A stretch of DNA of 64,000 bases from Candidatus Micrarchaeota archaeon (GCA_016212525.1 JACRGD010000007.1:15112-79111), one strand, 5' to 3'. Positions 8,761-18,745 are shown, counted from the stretch's first letter. A program made the numbers and translations. Notes: generated from the letters alone by a model not told the origin.

Positions 8761-11478
8761 TTACTCCAAAATAATGGCTGGCTTGTTGGGCATTGCCGCC
8801 TTAGCTTTGGCATGAGTACACGAATCCTCAGCTAAAATCTCGATTTGACAGGATAGCTCAGAAGAGAGGAACTCAGAAGCATCTTTTAGAGACTCAAGTT
8901 CATCAGCACCCGATGAAATTGACCCCAGAGAATGGATGTTTTTCATCAGCTGCTTGGCGAGCGTTCCGACATCTTTCATAGGCATACCTTTTGCACTCGC
9001 CTCTTTCATGATTCCTTCGAACGATTTAAGCTTGCGTGCAATTTCATAGAGCTCGCGTTTCCAATCCGCGGCTACAACCAAAGTTACTTTAGTTGGCGAT
9101 TTACCAATAAGCTTTGCGATGCGCTCCACGTCGCTATGGACGGATTTGATAAGTTCTTCGCCCTGCTCAACATTATCGCGAATCAATGATGTATCTGCCT
9201 TAGGGAAATCGGACTGACAAACAAAGTCCTTGTTGCCCAGCATCTGCCAGAATTCCTGGGCGAAGTGGGGCATAATTGGCGAAAGCAAAACCAGCCATTT
9301 TTGGAAAAATTGTTTTAGATTGGTTCGTTTATTACGCTTGGCATACCATTGAAGATCCGTAATGGAATCGTAGAAAATTTCCATTGCCAATTCCCTCATT
9401 GCCAGTTGATCATATAACTTAGCGACACCGGAAATTCGGCGATTTAGACGCGATAGAATCCAGTCATCCATACGACTCGAAATAAGAAGGTCGTTGCTGG
9501 AGGCGATGATAAGTTTCTCAATAAAATCCATCCTGCCCTTAACCCCGTCAGCGACGCTGCGGTTAAAGTCAGTATCGCTAGCGAGCTCGGCTCCTGCAAC
9601 AACAGAGAATCGAACTACATCAGCCCCATATTCAGCAATCGCTTTTCGCAGGGGAAGAATGTTGCCCATGCTCTTACTCATCTTTGTCCCGTCCATCAGA
9701 ACAAAACCATTTGTAACGATCTGTCTTGGCCAGAATTTCTTTTCAAAGAGCGCCACATGATTGAATATATAGACAGTAAGATGATTTCGGATCAGATCTC
9801 CTGCACTATGACGAGAATCGACTGGATACCAATACGTAAAGCTGTCCCTAAGCGCAGCGAGTTTGTCGCTACCTTCACCTTTTCCAAGGAGCACATAATC
9901 GAATAGCTCGTCAGTAAGATCATATGATTCGAAATCTGCCAGCAAGTGAGACATAGTATAGAATGCCATGTAGATTGTAGAGTCAGAAAGCGCTTCAATC
10001 ATCTTGCTCTCGTCCAGAGGGAATTTAGTTCCAAGACCGGCAGCTCGAGTGCATGGCCGCTTTCGCAGCCAATCCAGAGTGTACTCGTATTCCTGTCTGC
10101 TTCGCTCTGGAACAACAGTCATACTCGAGAGAGCCTCTTTTGCCATCTCTTTCCATTGGGGCTTTCCATAATCGATGAACCACTGATCCTTGATTATGTT
10201 AACTACGACCCCAGCACCACAGCGACACTTGACTGGGCCATTGGAGATAGTGTGAATAGAGAATGCGTTTGATTCGCCCTTTAATTTCTGCGCGATTTTT
10301 TCTTTTGCAATGATGGCTTTGATACCTTTGAATTCGCCAATCGCCATGACACCTTCGTGTGCCTCTTTCGTGTAGATTTCTTTTGTGGCTTCTTCTGATT
10401 TGGGATCATTTTGGTCTTTGACACCGAGCCGCTCGACGATTTCTTTTGCTGGAGCAGACCCGTAACCCTCAACCTCAAGGACGTTAATAAGTTCCTGCTC
10501 GGTTTTTCCAGCGTCTCGTAAAGCAAGGTAATCCAAAGGAGCGTGAGCAGGGACACTCATAACCACCCCTGTTCCGACATCAGACTTGACAAATGAAGCA
10601 CTATAGACCGGCACCTTTTTTCCATTGATGGGATTTTTGCCCTTTAATTTAAGAAGCTTTTCAACGGAAACCGAATCGATCAGTTCGAGTTTAAGCTGAA
10701 GGTGGAGTGAATCGAACGCATCCTTAGAAAGAATGATAGTATCAGGACCATACTTGGCTCGAACATAATCAAGAGCAGGATTAATCCAAATGTTAGTTAC
10801 CCCATAGATCGTCTCTGGCCGATAAGTAGTTGCAACAAGATATTCGGACTTTGAGACCTCGAATTTTATGACACTAACCTCTTCGAGCTCTGGATCAACA
10901 TCACCCCGAGTGTCGTGTGCAGAAACAGCCTGCGAATCGGAGGGGCACCATGCAATAGGATATTCACCCTGCTCGACAAATCCCATCTGGAGCAAACGCC
11001 TAAACTGCCACTGGATGAACTTGTTGAATTTTTCATCATAGGAATAGAATTTTCGTCGCCAATCGATAGAGAAGCCCATCTCCTTCATACCCTCCTCGAT
11101 TTCAGCGGAAAAATATGACACTAGAGCTCGCGGCTGGGCAAGTGTAGCGGCCTTTTCGCGCGAAATGCCATAGATTTTCTCAAAGACAGAAAGAACATCC
11201 TCATCTTTCTTTCCAATTCGCTTTGCCATGGCGAGAATAGGAGTTCCAGTAACATGAAATGCCATGGGAAAAAGAACATTGTAACCCTTAAGCCGAAGAT
11301 AGCGAGCATAAATATCAGCAGTTGTATAAGTTCGCGCATGACCTATATGCTGAGGTGAATTGGGGTAAGGAAATGCAGCAGTAACAAATTTCTTTTCACG
11401 CTCATCTGGCTCGGAATCAAATAGATTTTTTTGAGCCCATATAGTCTGCCATTTTTTTTCAATTGAAGAAGTATCCAT
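8761..11478 (-). CDS. leuS: leucyl-tRNA synthetase (archaeal type)
   Basis: PYPN..QHIGH, KMSKS, editing-domain GTGVVMSVPAHAP. Confidence 0.96.
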   Translation of the reverse strand: MDTSSIEKKWQTIWAQKNLFDSEPDEREKKFVTAAFPYPNSPQHIGHARTYTTADIYARYLRLKGYNVLFPMAFHVTGTPILAMAKRIGKKDEDVLSVFEKIYGISREKAATLAQPRALVSYFSAEIEEGMKEMGFSIDWRRKFYSYDEKFNKFIQWQFRRLLQMGFVEQGEYPIAWCPSDSQAVSAHDTRGDVDPELEEVSVIKFEVSKSEYLVATTYRPETIYGVTNIWINPALDYVRAKYGPDTIILSKDAFDSLHLQLKLELIDSVSVEKLLKLKGKNPINGKKVPVYSASFVKSDVGTGVVMSVPAHAPLDYLALRDAGKTEQELINVLEVEGYGSAPAKEIVERLGVKDQNDPKSEEATKEIYTKEAHEGVMAIGEFKGIKAIIAKEKIAQKLKGESNAFSIHTISNGPVKCRCGAGVVVNIIKDQWFIDYGKPQWKEMAKEALSSMTVVPERSRQEYEYTLDWLRKRPCTRAAGLGTKFPLDESKMIEALSDSTIYMAFYTMSHLLADFESYDLTDELFDYVLLGKGEGSDKLAALRDSFTYWYPVDSRHSAGDLIRNHLTVYIFNHVALFEKKFWPRQIVTNGFVLMDGTKMSKSMGNILPLRKAIAEYGADVVRFSVVAGAELASDTDFNRSVADGVKGRMDFIEKLIIASSNDLLISSRMDDWILSRLNRRISGVAKLYDQLAMRELAMEIFYDSITDLQWYAKRNKRTNLKQFFQKWLVLLSPIMPHFAQEFWQMLGNKDFVCQSDFPKADTSLIRDNVEQGEELIKSVHSDVERIAKLIGKSPTKVTLVVAADWKRELYEIARKLKSFEGIMKEASAKGMPMKDVGTLAKQLMKNIHSLGSISSGADELESLKDASEFLSSELSCQIEILAEDSCTHAKAKAAMPNKPAIILE

Positions 11479-11593
11479 AAAGGGGATTTTTCGAGAACAG
11501 TTTTTATAGCTAACCTGCAAAGATTTCAGTAACTAAAAATACAGCAGCAAGAAATACCCCAATAGTAACAAGGAACATTGGAGACCGGGAAAA

Positions 11594-12721
11594 ATGGAAA
11601 ATAAAGAACAAAAAAACTCATTCTCAGAATTATTGCTAACATATAGCATATACACTACACTGGGAATATTTCTAAGTTGTCTCTTTGAATCATACTTTTT
11701 CCAGATAGGCATGAGCATACCTGAGATAATAGCCACAGCAGGCCTCGTATATTTACCCCCACTAATCTGCATATTCGCATTAAAAGAATTTGATATGCGT
11801 AAGGGAGCAATAATTGCAAGCGGTTTTTGGGCCCTCTCAGCAGTTGCATTTTATCTGCTAGAGGGCAATCTTTCAGTAATTCTGGCAAAACTTCTTATCG
11901 GCATGAGCGTTGCATTTTTCTGGATGCCATTTAACACTAGCTATTATAGACACCGAAATGGGAACGAAGCATTTCTTGGATCCATATATTATGCAGTAAA
12001 TCCGGCAATATCGATTATACTGCCTCCATTAGCAGGGCTTATAGCCCAAATGTACGGTTTCAAGACAATCTTTGCAATTTCGGCACTTGCTTTTCTGGCA
12101 TTCATACCCTATCTGAGCAAAAAAATAAAAGCAGAAAAATTCACATACAAACCGATCGAATCACTCAAATCGATCGATGGACTAAAAACAATAATTTTCT
12201 TTGAAGGATTTGCCATCAACATAGTAGTATCAATAACCCTCTCAGCCATGATTCTTACATATGTGCAGACGCCGGTAGAATTTGGAGGATTTCTTTCTGG
12301 AACAACTATTTTTGCAATAATCGCATCCGGAATAACTGCAAAGATATCGGATCATTTCAAAGACCGAAAGAACATAATAATCGCATCTAGCATAGGTATG
12401 CTCGCTGGCGGCATAATCACTGCAAGTGCACAGAATATAGAAACATTCTTCATGGGATTTGGAATTTTAAGTTTTTTTAGAAGCATACTCCAGCCACTGC
12501 CGCTGGCGTTGGTAGTAGACAAAAGCAAAAACATAGGAGAAAGCATGATCGCCCGAGATATAATGCTTGGGTTTGGAAGAGCCAGCGCAGTCATTATAGG
12601 GGTCGCATTAATCCTGATATTTGACATAAGGGCCATGCTCATCGTTCAAACAGTCGCAGCCGCAATCTACATAGTACTTTTTGAAATAAAGAAAAACAAA
12701 CTGAAAAAATCAACGACGTGA
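11594..12721 (+). CDS. MFS transporter
   Basis: ~12 hydrophobic segments, AKISDHFKDRK motif-A-like loop. Confidence 0.8.
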   Translation: MENKEQKNSFSELLLTYSIYTTLGIFLSCLFESYFFQIGMSIPEIIATAGLVYLPPLICIFALKEFDMRKGAIIASGFWALSAVAFYLLEGNLSVILAKLLIGMSVAFFWMPFNTSYYRHRNGNEAFLGSIYYAVNPAISIILPPLAGLIAQMYGFKTIFAISALAFLAFIPYLSKKIKAEKFTYKPIESLKSIDGLKTIIFFEGFAINIVVSITLSAMILTYVQTPVEFGGFLSGTTIFAIIASGITAKISDHFKDRKNIIIASSIGMLAGGIITASAQNIETFFMGFGILSFFRSILQPLPLALVVDKSKNIGESMIARDIMLGFGRASAVIIGVALILIFDIRAMLIVQTVAAAIYIVLFEIKKNKLKKSTT

Positions 12722-12832
12722 AAATAAGACAAAAACAAAATGCAAAAGAAGATCAGACCAGAAAAATTAAGTTAACGGAATCGTCATAAAAGCCACGCAA
12801 TGATTTATATAGTTAACTGAGAAAAGTAGGCC

Positions 12833-14065
12833 ATGGCCACCAGTCTAAAAAGAGGCCTCCTAACAAAGTCCCATGCAAAGGAGGTCACAGAGGTAGAGGA
12901 AGAACTAGATGAGTTTGCGCAAGGAACGCGAGTTCGCAGTTCCGCTTCAAAATCAAAAACTCAAATTAAAGCTAAGATCGGCAAAGCTACAGCAGCACTA
13001 AAAACGCACGAAAGACACGCAGGCTTTAGCCACCTTGCCAAAATTCTCACAGCAGGAGAGCGAAATGATGCACTCAATGCAGTCGATCAATTAAAGGGGA
13101 GATCAAGAGTCCTCTATGAACTCGCATCATTTTCCAAACATCCATACGTAAGACTCGCAGCAATAACACATTTGTCAACAGACATGGAAGCACTAAAAGA
13201 GATTGCAAAATATTGTCACCACTCAGACACTAGAGCCGCAGCACTCGATGAGATGGCCAACAATGCCGAATCCCTGGTAGAAGTCGCATGCTCCTCCAAT
13301 TTCAAGGAAAGCAGAGTAGACGCAGTATTGCTTCTGGCAAATACCAAATCACTAGTGCAGGTGGCACTTCGTTCACCAAACTCAGATTCACGAGATGCAG
13401 CACTTGAAAAACTTTCGTTCGATCAGGGAGCACTAGAGCGAATAGTAGAAGAAGGAGCGTACAGAAAAACTAGAAATGAAGCTCTCAAGAAGTTAAGTGC
13501 AAACATTTCTTCGCTGCTAAACCTACTAGTACGATCAAGACATCCAGAGGTCAAAAAACACATTGCAGGATTGCTCGCAGCACAGGTCGAACACATAGAC
13601 GATATTCACGTACTAGTGGAGATGGCCAAGAATTGCACAAACCAGGATGCACGATATTTAGCAGTAGGCAAATTATGGAAATATCCTGAGGCTCTCAAAC
13701 GAATTGCGAACGAAACTGGATACAAAGATGCAAAAACAACTGCGCTTATGCTACTTTCGGACATGGTAGAAAATTTAGAAGACTCAACCGCACTGGTGGA
13801 GATAGCAAACACTTCGCCATACGAAGATTGCAGATTAGCAGCAATAGAGAAATTAGTCGGTGTTAGTTCGGCACTTTTATCAGTAGCATCCAAATCAAAA
13901 TTCAAAGATGCGCGAGAGATGGCACTAAAGAAGCTCAGTTCGGACGCAGATACGTTGAAGGATGTTCTGAAAATGTCAAAATACAAAGATACCAGAGCGC
14001 AGGCGTTCAAAATGGTATCCGATCCGCAGATATTCCAGCAACAACTATCAAGAATACTTGGATGA
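12833..14065 (+). CDS. alpha-solenoid (HEAT-like) tandem-repeat protein
   Basis: ~27-aa repeats L.E(I/V)A..S.Y.D.R..A(L/I).KL. Confidence 0.75.
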   Translation: MATSLKRGLLTKSHAKEVTEVEEELDEFAQGTRVRSSASKSKTQIKAKIGKATAALKTHERHAGFSHLAKILTAGERNDALNAVDQLKGRSRVLYELASFSKHPYVRLAAITHLSTDMEALKEIAKYCHHSDTRAAALDEMANNAESLVEVACSSNFKESRVDAVLLLANTKSLVQVALRSPNSDSRDAALEKLSFDQGALERIVEEGAYRKTRNEALKKLSANISSLLNLLVRSRHPEVKKHIAGLLAAQVEHIDDIHVLVEMAKNCTNQDARYLAVGKLWKYPEALKRIANETGYKDAKTTALMLLSDMVENLEDSTALVEIANTSPYEDCRLAAIEKLVGVSSALLSVASKSKFKDAREMALKKLSSDADTLKDVLKMSKYKDTRAQAFKMVSDPQIFQQQLSRILG

Positions 14066-14110
14066 ACTTAAAACGTCGTATTTTATTCTTTACTTTTCTT
14101 ATTTCAATAA

Positions 14111-14863
14111 GTGGGCAAAACAAAAACAAGACCAGAATTAAGAGAGATTACACTCAGAGTCATAGAGGGGTTTAGAACCCAGATACCGGTACTAGATCTG
14201 ACAGTGAGTAGTAAAAAAGGCACTCGAAAAATCGAAAGAGAGGAAAAAGATAAGCTCGAAAAAGCGATAGAAACGGGCTGTCAAAAAGAGTTTCGGGGAA
14301 TAACTACAGAGATAAGTACACTAATAGCCAATGAATATGATGTAGGGGAAATTATCGTTCCACTCGTTAAGAGACTCAGAACAGAAACGGATCAAAGCAT
14401 AAGAAATCAAATTTTAATAAACCTCATCAAAATAGAGAGAACTGGCCACAACACCGGAATGGCAAGCGGAGACATTACAGAACTCATAAATGCATATGGA
14501 GAGGACACACGATATTTGGCAGTTAATTATTTTCTTGAAAGAGTTCGAAACGGACATAGAATAAACCTGCAGATCGAAGAACTTTGCATTGCGGCATTTG
14601 ACTTGTCTCACCAAATACGAGAAATAGCATTAGAAACTCTCAAAAGATATGGGTCGAGAGGCGCGTTTGAGAAACAGGAAATAGAAGACGCATTAGAAGA
14701 TCCAAGAGTACTTACTAAAAAGGACGAACTAGTCAAAAATATCAGAAATAGCATGGAACGCGATCCAAAAGACATCAAACCAGCAGAACTCCAACGAGTC
14801 ATAAAAGAAACAATAAAGGCGGAGACAGTAGGACGAATTGAAGAACTACTCGAGCGAGAATAA
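14111..14863 (+). CDS. hypothetical helical (HEAT-like) protein
   Basis: 250-aa ORF; its stop lies inside the first unit of the 24-bp repeat. Confidence 0.65.
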   Translation: MGKTKTRPELREITLRVIEGFRTQIPVLDLTVSSKKGTRKIEREEKDKLEKAIETGCQKEFRGITTEISTLIANEYDVGEIIVPLVKRLRTETDQSIRNQILINLIKIERTGHNTGMASGDITELINAYGEDTRYLAVNYFLERVRNGHRINLQIEELCIAAFDLSHQIREIALETLKRYGSRGAFEKQEIEDALEDPRVLTKKDELVKNIRNSMERDPKDIKPAELQRVIKETIKAETVGRIEELLERE

Positions 14864-14990
14864 ATCTCGCATACTTCGCGAGAATAAATCTCGCATACTT
14901 CGCGAGAATAAATCTCGCATACTTCGCGAGAATAAATCTCGCATACTTCGCGAGAATAAATCTCGCATACTTCGCGAGAATAAATCTCGC
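14854..14990. repeat. 24-bp perfect tandem repeat of a palindromic unit (5 units + 17 nt)
   Basis: Unit GCGAGAATAAATCTCGCATACTTC containing hairpin GCGAGA-ATAAA-TCTCGC. Confidence 0.97.
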
Positions 14991-15030
14991 TCGTAGAGCC
15001 ACTGGAGCTGCGAACGAAGTTAAGTTATGA

Positions 15031-15154
15031 AGCCCCCGGAGGGATTTGAACCCCCGGCCTCCTCCTAGCTCGATACTTTTTATAATAAGTTTTTGATTAA
15101 ACTTTTTCCTAAAAAGTTTACGAGAGAGGCGCTCTACCACTGAGCTACAGAGGC
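15031..15154 (-). tRNA. tRNA-Thr(CGT) with 52-nt intron at 37/38 (15067-15118)
   Basis: GCCTCTG/CGGGGGC acceptor, GCTC/GAGC D-stem, CT-CGT-A, TTCAAAT T-loop; no encoded CCA. Confidence 0.9.
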
Positions 15155-15393
15155 ATTGCTAATAGAAACAGCTTAAGTGAATTTAAAGATTGGTTTTGGT
15201 CAGATGGAACACGTTCCTAGGAAAAACAGAATCTGCAGTCGGAAGTTGTTTTTCTCGATATTGAATTCAATCACTTTAGACAGAATCAGCATTCGGTCTC
15301 CGGATCGCAAACTCAGGACTTTTGACCAAACCATTTACTCGCGACCGGAGCGAAGCGACGGGAAGCACAGGAGGCGAAGCAAAGTAATTGGAA

Positions 15394-15467
15394 TGCGGTC
15401 GTCGGGATTTGAACCCGAGTTATGGGGTTGGAAACCCCAAGTCCTAACCAGGCTAGACTACAACCGC
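15394..15467 (-). tRNA. tRNA-Gly(TCC)
   Basis: Full cloverleaf GCGGTTG...TGGGG-TT-TCC-AA-CCCCA...TTCAAAT...CGACCGC-A. Confidence 0.95.
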
Positions 15468-15561
15468 TAATGATAAGAGATAATTAGCATTTGAGGAGTA
15501 AAGAATATAAACCATTTTAAGGCTCAATAGAAAAAATAAAAAGAAGATATAAAAGAAAAAA

Positions 15562-16257
15562 TTAGAACTTAAAGTTCTTTCTAGTCGTTTTGATCAGGTC
15601 TTTAGCGTCTTCCTGTCCGCCAAATCCAAAGGCAATTGCGAATGCGAGTGCAACACCAAAAGCCATGGCCTGAATCAAGGTCAGGAAAATGCCAGTTATC
15701 AAAGTCGTGTTGAAACCAGTGGTTGCAAGACCCATAGTCACACCAACACAGACGATCATTAACTTGACACCACGAGCGACAAGCTTAACGGAATCGGACT
15801 TGTTGTTGAGCTCGGTTATGGATTCTTTTACATATTCACCCAGTAACACAGAAGCAAGAGCCACTAACAAGCCACCGATAAGAACAGGAACATAGAGCAA
15901 AAGAGTTGACAGGTATAGGGACAGAGTTCCAAGTTCAACAAATGAAACTGCAGCCTGAACAAAGATCAACAATACATAATATTTGATGATTTTTGTAAGC
16001 ACTTCACTTAGTTTCACAGTTCCAAGAGCATCATCAATTTTATTTTGTTTGAGAAATTCCTCGAATTTAATGAGTTTGAAAAGACGGGCAAACAATCTAC
16101 TCACGAGAATAGAAACTACCCAGCCCAATACGAGCACTAAAATTGCAGCAATAAAACCAGGAAGTAATGCCACAACCTGAGTAACAACAGTTTGTGCTGC
16201 CGCAGCCACAGGATCAATTATCAGATTTTGATTTATTTCTACTATATGAATCACCAA
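15562..16257 (-). CDS. TM-helix-repeat (CmpX/MscS-associated) membrane protein
   Basis: LPGFIAAILVLVLGW and C-terminal ALAFAIAFGFGG..AK signature. Confidence 0.8.
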   Translation of the reverse strand: MVIHIVEINQNLIIDPVAAAAQTVVTQVVALLPGFIAAILVLVLGWVVSILVSRLFARLFKLIKFEEFLKQNKIDDALGTVKLSEVLTKIIKYYVLLIFVQAAVSFVELGTLSLYLSTLLLYVPVLIGGLLVALASVLLGEYVKESITELNNKSDSVKLVARGVKLMIVCVGVTMGLATTGFNTTLITGIFLTLIQAMAFGVALAFAIAFGFGGQEDAKDLIKTTRKNFKF

Positions 16258-16351
16258 ATCGAACGCTCACGTAATCGTTTTAAACGTTTCGAAGACCAAC
16301 AATGAAACACACCGAGCCAGTTTGAACCAAAAAACATAAGTTAAATGAGAC

Positions 16352-17002
16352 TCAGAAAGCTCCGGCCAAATCAGATAAGAAAGATTTTGGATCAGCAGAC
16401 TTAACAAAAGCGCTTGAGAGGAGAACGCCCTTTGCTCCTAGCTCCAAAGCTTTTACAACATCAGTTTTGTCGCTAACACCAGCACCACAAAGAACAGTAA
16501 TTCGGGAATTTATTTCCTCCACAGCCCGAACGGAATTGGAGATCACATCTGGTTTAACCTTTGAAACGCTGATCCCGCTGCTTATGAGCTCGGGTGGCTC
16601 CACAGCCAGATAGGTAGGTGAAAAAGAAGCAAGATCCCGCATTTCCATTGGGGTCGGTGCACAAACCAAACTTTCAAGACCGCACCGGTGCAGGTTGTTC
16701 ATTGCCAAAAGGAGGACCGGCCGGGGCAAACGCTTTTCCGAATGGTTAAGAATCGAACCCTTAACGCGAACAAATCGCAACAGATCAGCAGGAACAGAGC
16801 CAGTAAATGCCCCTGGGGGATCCCCATCACAGTGCTGGGCAAAAACATCAGAAAAACGATCAGCCGCATCGCGCAGAAATGGAGAAGGAGGGCAGATAAC
16901 AATTCGAACTCCTGTTTCGGCAACCACTTCCCGAGCCACATCAGTAAAAAAAAGTGAACGTTCGATCGATGGAGGATATGTTTTGAGATTTAGAACAATC
17001 AT
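16352..17002 (-). CDS. tpiA: triosephosphate isomerase (archaeal type)
   Basis: NLKTY, AQH, NHSE, AVEPPELI, CGAGV. Confidence 0.95.
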   Translation of the reverse strand: MIVLNLKTYPPSIERSLFFTDVAREVVAETGVRIVICPPSPFLRDAADRFSDVFAQHCDGDPPGAFTGSVPADLLRFVRVKGSILNHSEKRLPRPVLLLAMNNLHRCGLESLVCAPTPMEMRDLASFSPTYLAVEPPELISSGISVSKVKPDVISNSVRAVEEINSRITVLCGAGVSDKTDVVKALELGAKGVLLSSAFVKSADPKSFLSDLAGAF

Positions 17003-17069
17003 AAAGAGGAATAGGAAAATAAGAGTAATAAAGAAATCGTTTTATTGACTAGAATAAAAAACCAATAAA

Positions 17070-17452
17070 GGTAGGCGAAGCAAAGTAAAGTGACTCCGAG
17101 GCTACGCGAGTCGACTAACCAGAGGAGATATTGACTAAGCAGATGTCTCAATTGTCATTTAGTAGGTCCTTGGATTTTTGACCAACCACTCGCCTAGCGA
17201 TCTGCAAAATCGCGACGGTTTAGCTACGCAGACATGAATGTCTGCTTGCGACTTTTGTAATAAGAGAAAAGAAGTCAAAAGTAATGTGACGCCACGCGAA
17301 ACGGCCTGAGCGAAGCAATGGACGCGAAGCTAAGCGAACGAGCGTATGACTAGGCGTTCTGAATGAGTTGGAGTGATGATTTGGTAATTCCTCAGGGCTT
17401 TGACCAACCCTTTTACTTTGCCATAATTTATGCTGAAGTCAAAGTAATGGGT
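17070..17452 (-). repeat. tRNA-linked degenerate repeat region
   Basis: Three AAAGTAA(A/T)G(T/G)G(A/T)C(T/G)CC motifs (~17082, ~17278, 17441), two TTTGACCAACC motifs, several GCGAAGC and hairpins; related segment at 15312-15392. Confidence 0.6.
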
Positions 17453-17587
17453 CGCCGACACCAGGATTTGAACCTGGAATCCACAAGGGATCAGTTCACC
17501 TGAACGTTTTTTAGTTCGTTTTTAGTCAAGCTTTTTCCTAAAAAACTTGTTCGAGACTGACGCACTACCGGGTTATGCGATGTCGGC
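17453..17587 (-). tRNA. tRNA-Ser(CGA) with 53-nt intron at 37/38 (17497-17549)
   Basis: GCCGACA/TGTCGGC acceptor, TCAGT/ACTGA anticodon stem, long variable arm, G discriminator. Confidence 0.9.
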
Positions 17588-17648
17588 AAAAGTATAGGAA
17601 TTATGTGAAGAGAAGGGATTTAAATCGCTTAGGATCCCACAAACAAGA

Positions 17649-18236
17649 TTATTTGCTCTTTAGTATGGATTCGGAAAAATCTTCCGATTCAAAAGAATAG
17701 AATTTGAGATCTGAAAGATTGGTTTTCCAATAATTTAAAGGAAGGAGAGCATTTGCACAAAGTCTCGAGAGAAAATCTTCTTTGGAATTAAACTCTTTCC
17801 AAAGTATAGGCATCAGAATTGCAGATTTTTTACCGGATTTAACTAGAAGACCAGTTTTACCGACGCTAATTTTCTTAAGCAGATCTGCAGAAGATGAGAC
17901 CTCAAGCGGAACAAACTTAGTCAAGATAGAGATAGTGATTTTTATTCGATTAAGATCCAATGGAGTTAGTGGTGGAAGAACCGGATCATTAAAGGCAGCC
18001 AAAATCGAACTATGAATTACAGAATCGAGAATGGACCGGTTATCATCCAAATCACCCATAGAACCTGCAACCCGATCATGATTGAAAAGAGTTACGTAAG
18101 TATATCCATTTTGAAGGAGTTTTTTTGGAACAACTTCTGAAGCGTATTTGAGAACATCTCCAGTTCTTAAAATATTTTCCATTGATCTCCTAGAAGCCCT
18201 AAGAAGAAAAACCCGTTCAGATTGAGAAAGAGACAT
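17649..18236 (-). CDS. AMMECR1-domain protein
   Basis: YVTL...GSMG, AAFNDP, ISILT, GLL..GKKSAILMP; usual GCIG appears as GSMG. Confidence 0.8.
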   Translation of the reverse strand: MSLSQSERVFLLRASRRSMENILRTGDVLKYASEVVPKKLLQNGYTYVTLFNHDRVAGSMGDLDDNRSILDSVIHSSILAAFNDPVLPPLTPLDLNRIKITISILTKFVPLEVSSSADLLKKISVGKTGLLVKSGKKSAILMPILWKEFNSKEDFLSRLCANALLPLNYWKTNLSDLKFYSFESEDFSESILKSK

Positions 18237-18244
18237 AAGAGACC

Positions 18245-18745
18245 TCAGGGAGATACGACCTTGGAAGTGATTCTTCCAGATATAAGATTAGAGTGGGTGG
18301 AACACTGCTCACCCAGTTCAGAAGCACAGATAGAATAGGTCAGATTACCAAAAAATCGCTCGGCTGAACCTGCAACCAAAGTAGAGGGAAATGTAGCAGT
18401 AAATGTCTGATTCGAACCACTCGACATATTTAAAGGAAGCGTACGGGAGTCAGAAGGCATTAAATCAAGCCTGCGCTCGTAGGTACTAGGAAGAACAGAG
18501 AAACTGTTTAAAGAAACCTTATATGGAAATGAATTAAACATCTGAACTGAAAGAACGGCAGTTGTACCATCGGAAACCAAAAGTGCACGGCAGGGCAAAT
18601 TGTTTCCAAAGTTGCATTCTTCGCCAACAATAACGGAGGGAGAAAAGAAGCTGGTGGATAAAAGCAAACTGGTTACCAGGACCAATGCCAGGATTGCCCA
18701 TCCGTAAGTAAACATAAATTCAATTGCAGCCTGGCCCTTTTTCAT
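18245..18745 (-). CDS. archaeal type IV pilin-like protein (class III signal peptide)
   Basis: MKKGQAAIEFMFTYGWAIL N-terminus. Confidence 0.85.
   Translation of the reverse strand: MKKGQAAIEFMFTYGWAILALVLVTSLLLSTSFFSPSVIVGEECNFGNNLPCRALLVSDGTTAVLSVQMFNSFPYKVSLNSFSVLPSTYERRLDLMPSDSRTLPLNMSSGSNQTFTATFPSTLVAGSAERFFGNLTYSICASELGEQCSTHSNLISGRITSKVVSP

Noticed and set aside
14854-14990. Palindromic repeats resembling a CRISPR array
   Set aside because: Linkers are identical 7-nt sequences rather than unique 30-40-nt spacers; no cas genes in the window.
14799-15140. 113-aa ORF with ARFILAKY repeats
   Set aside because: Shadow translation through tRNA-Thr and the 24-bp tandem repeat.
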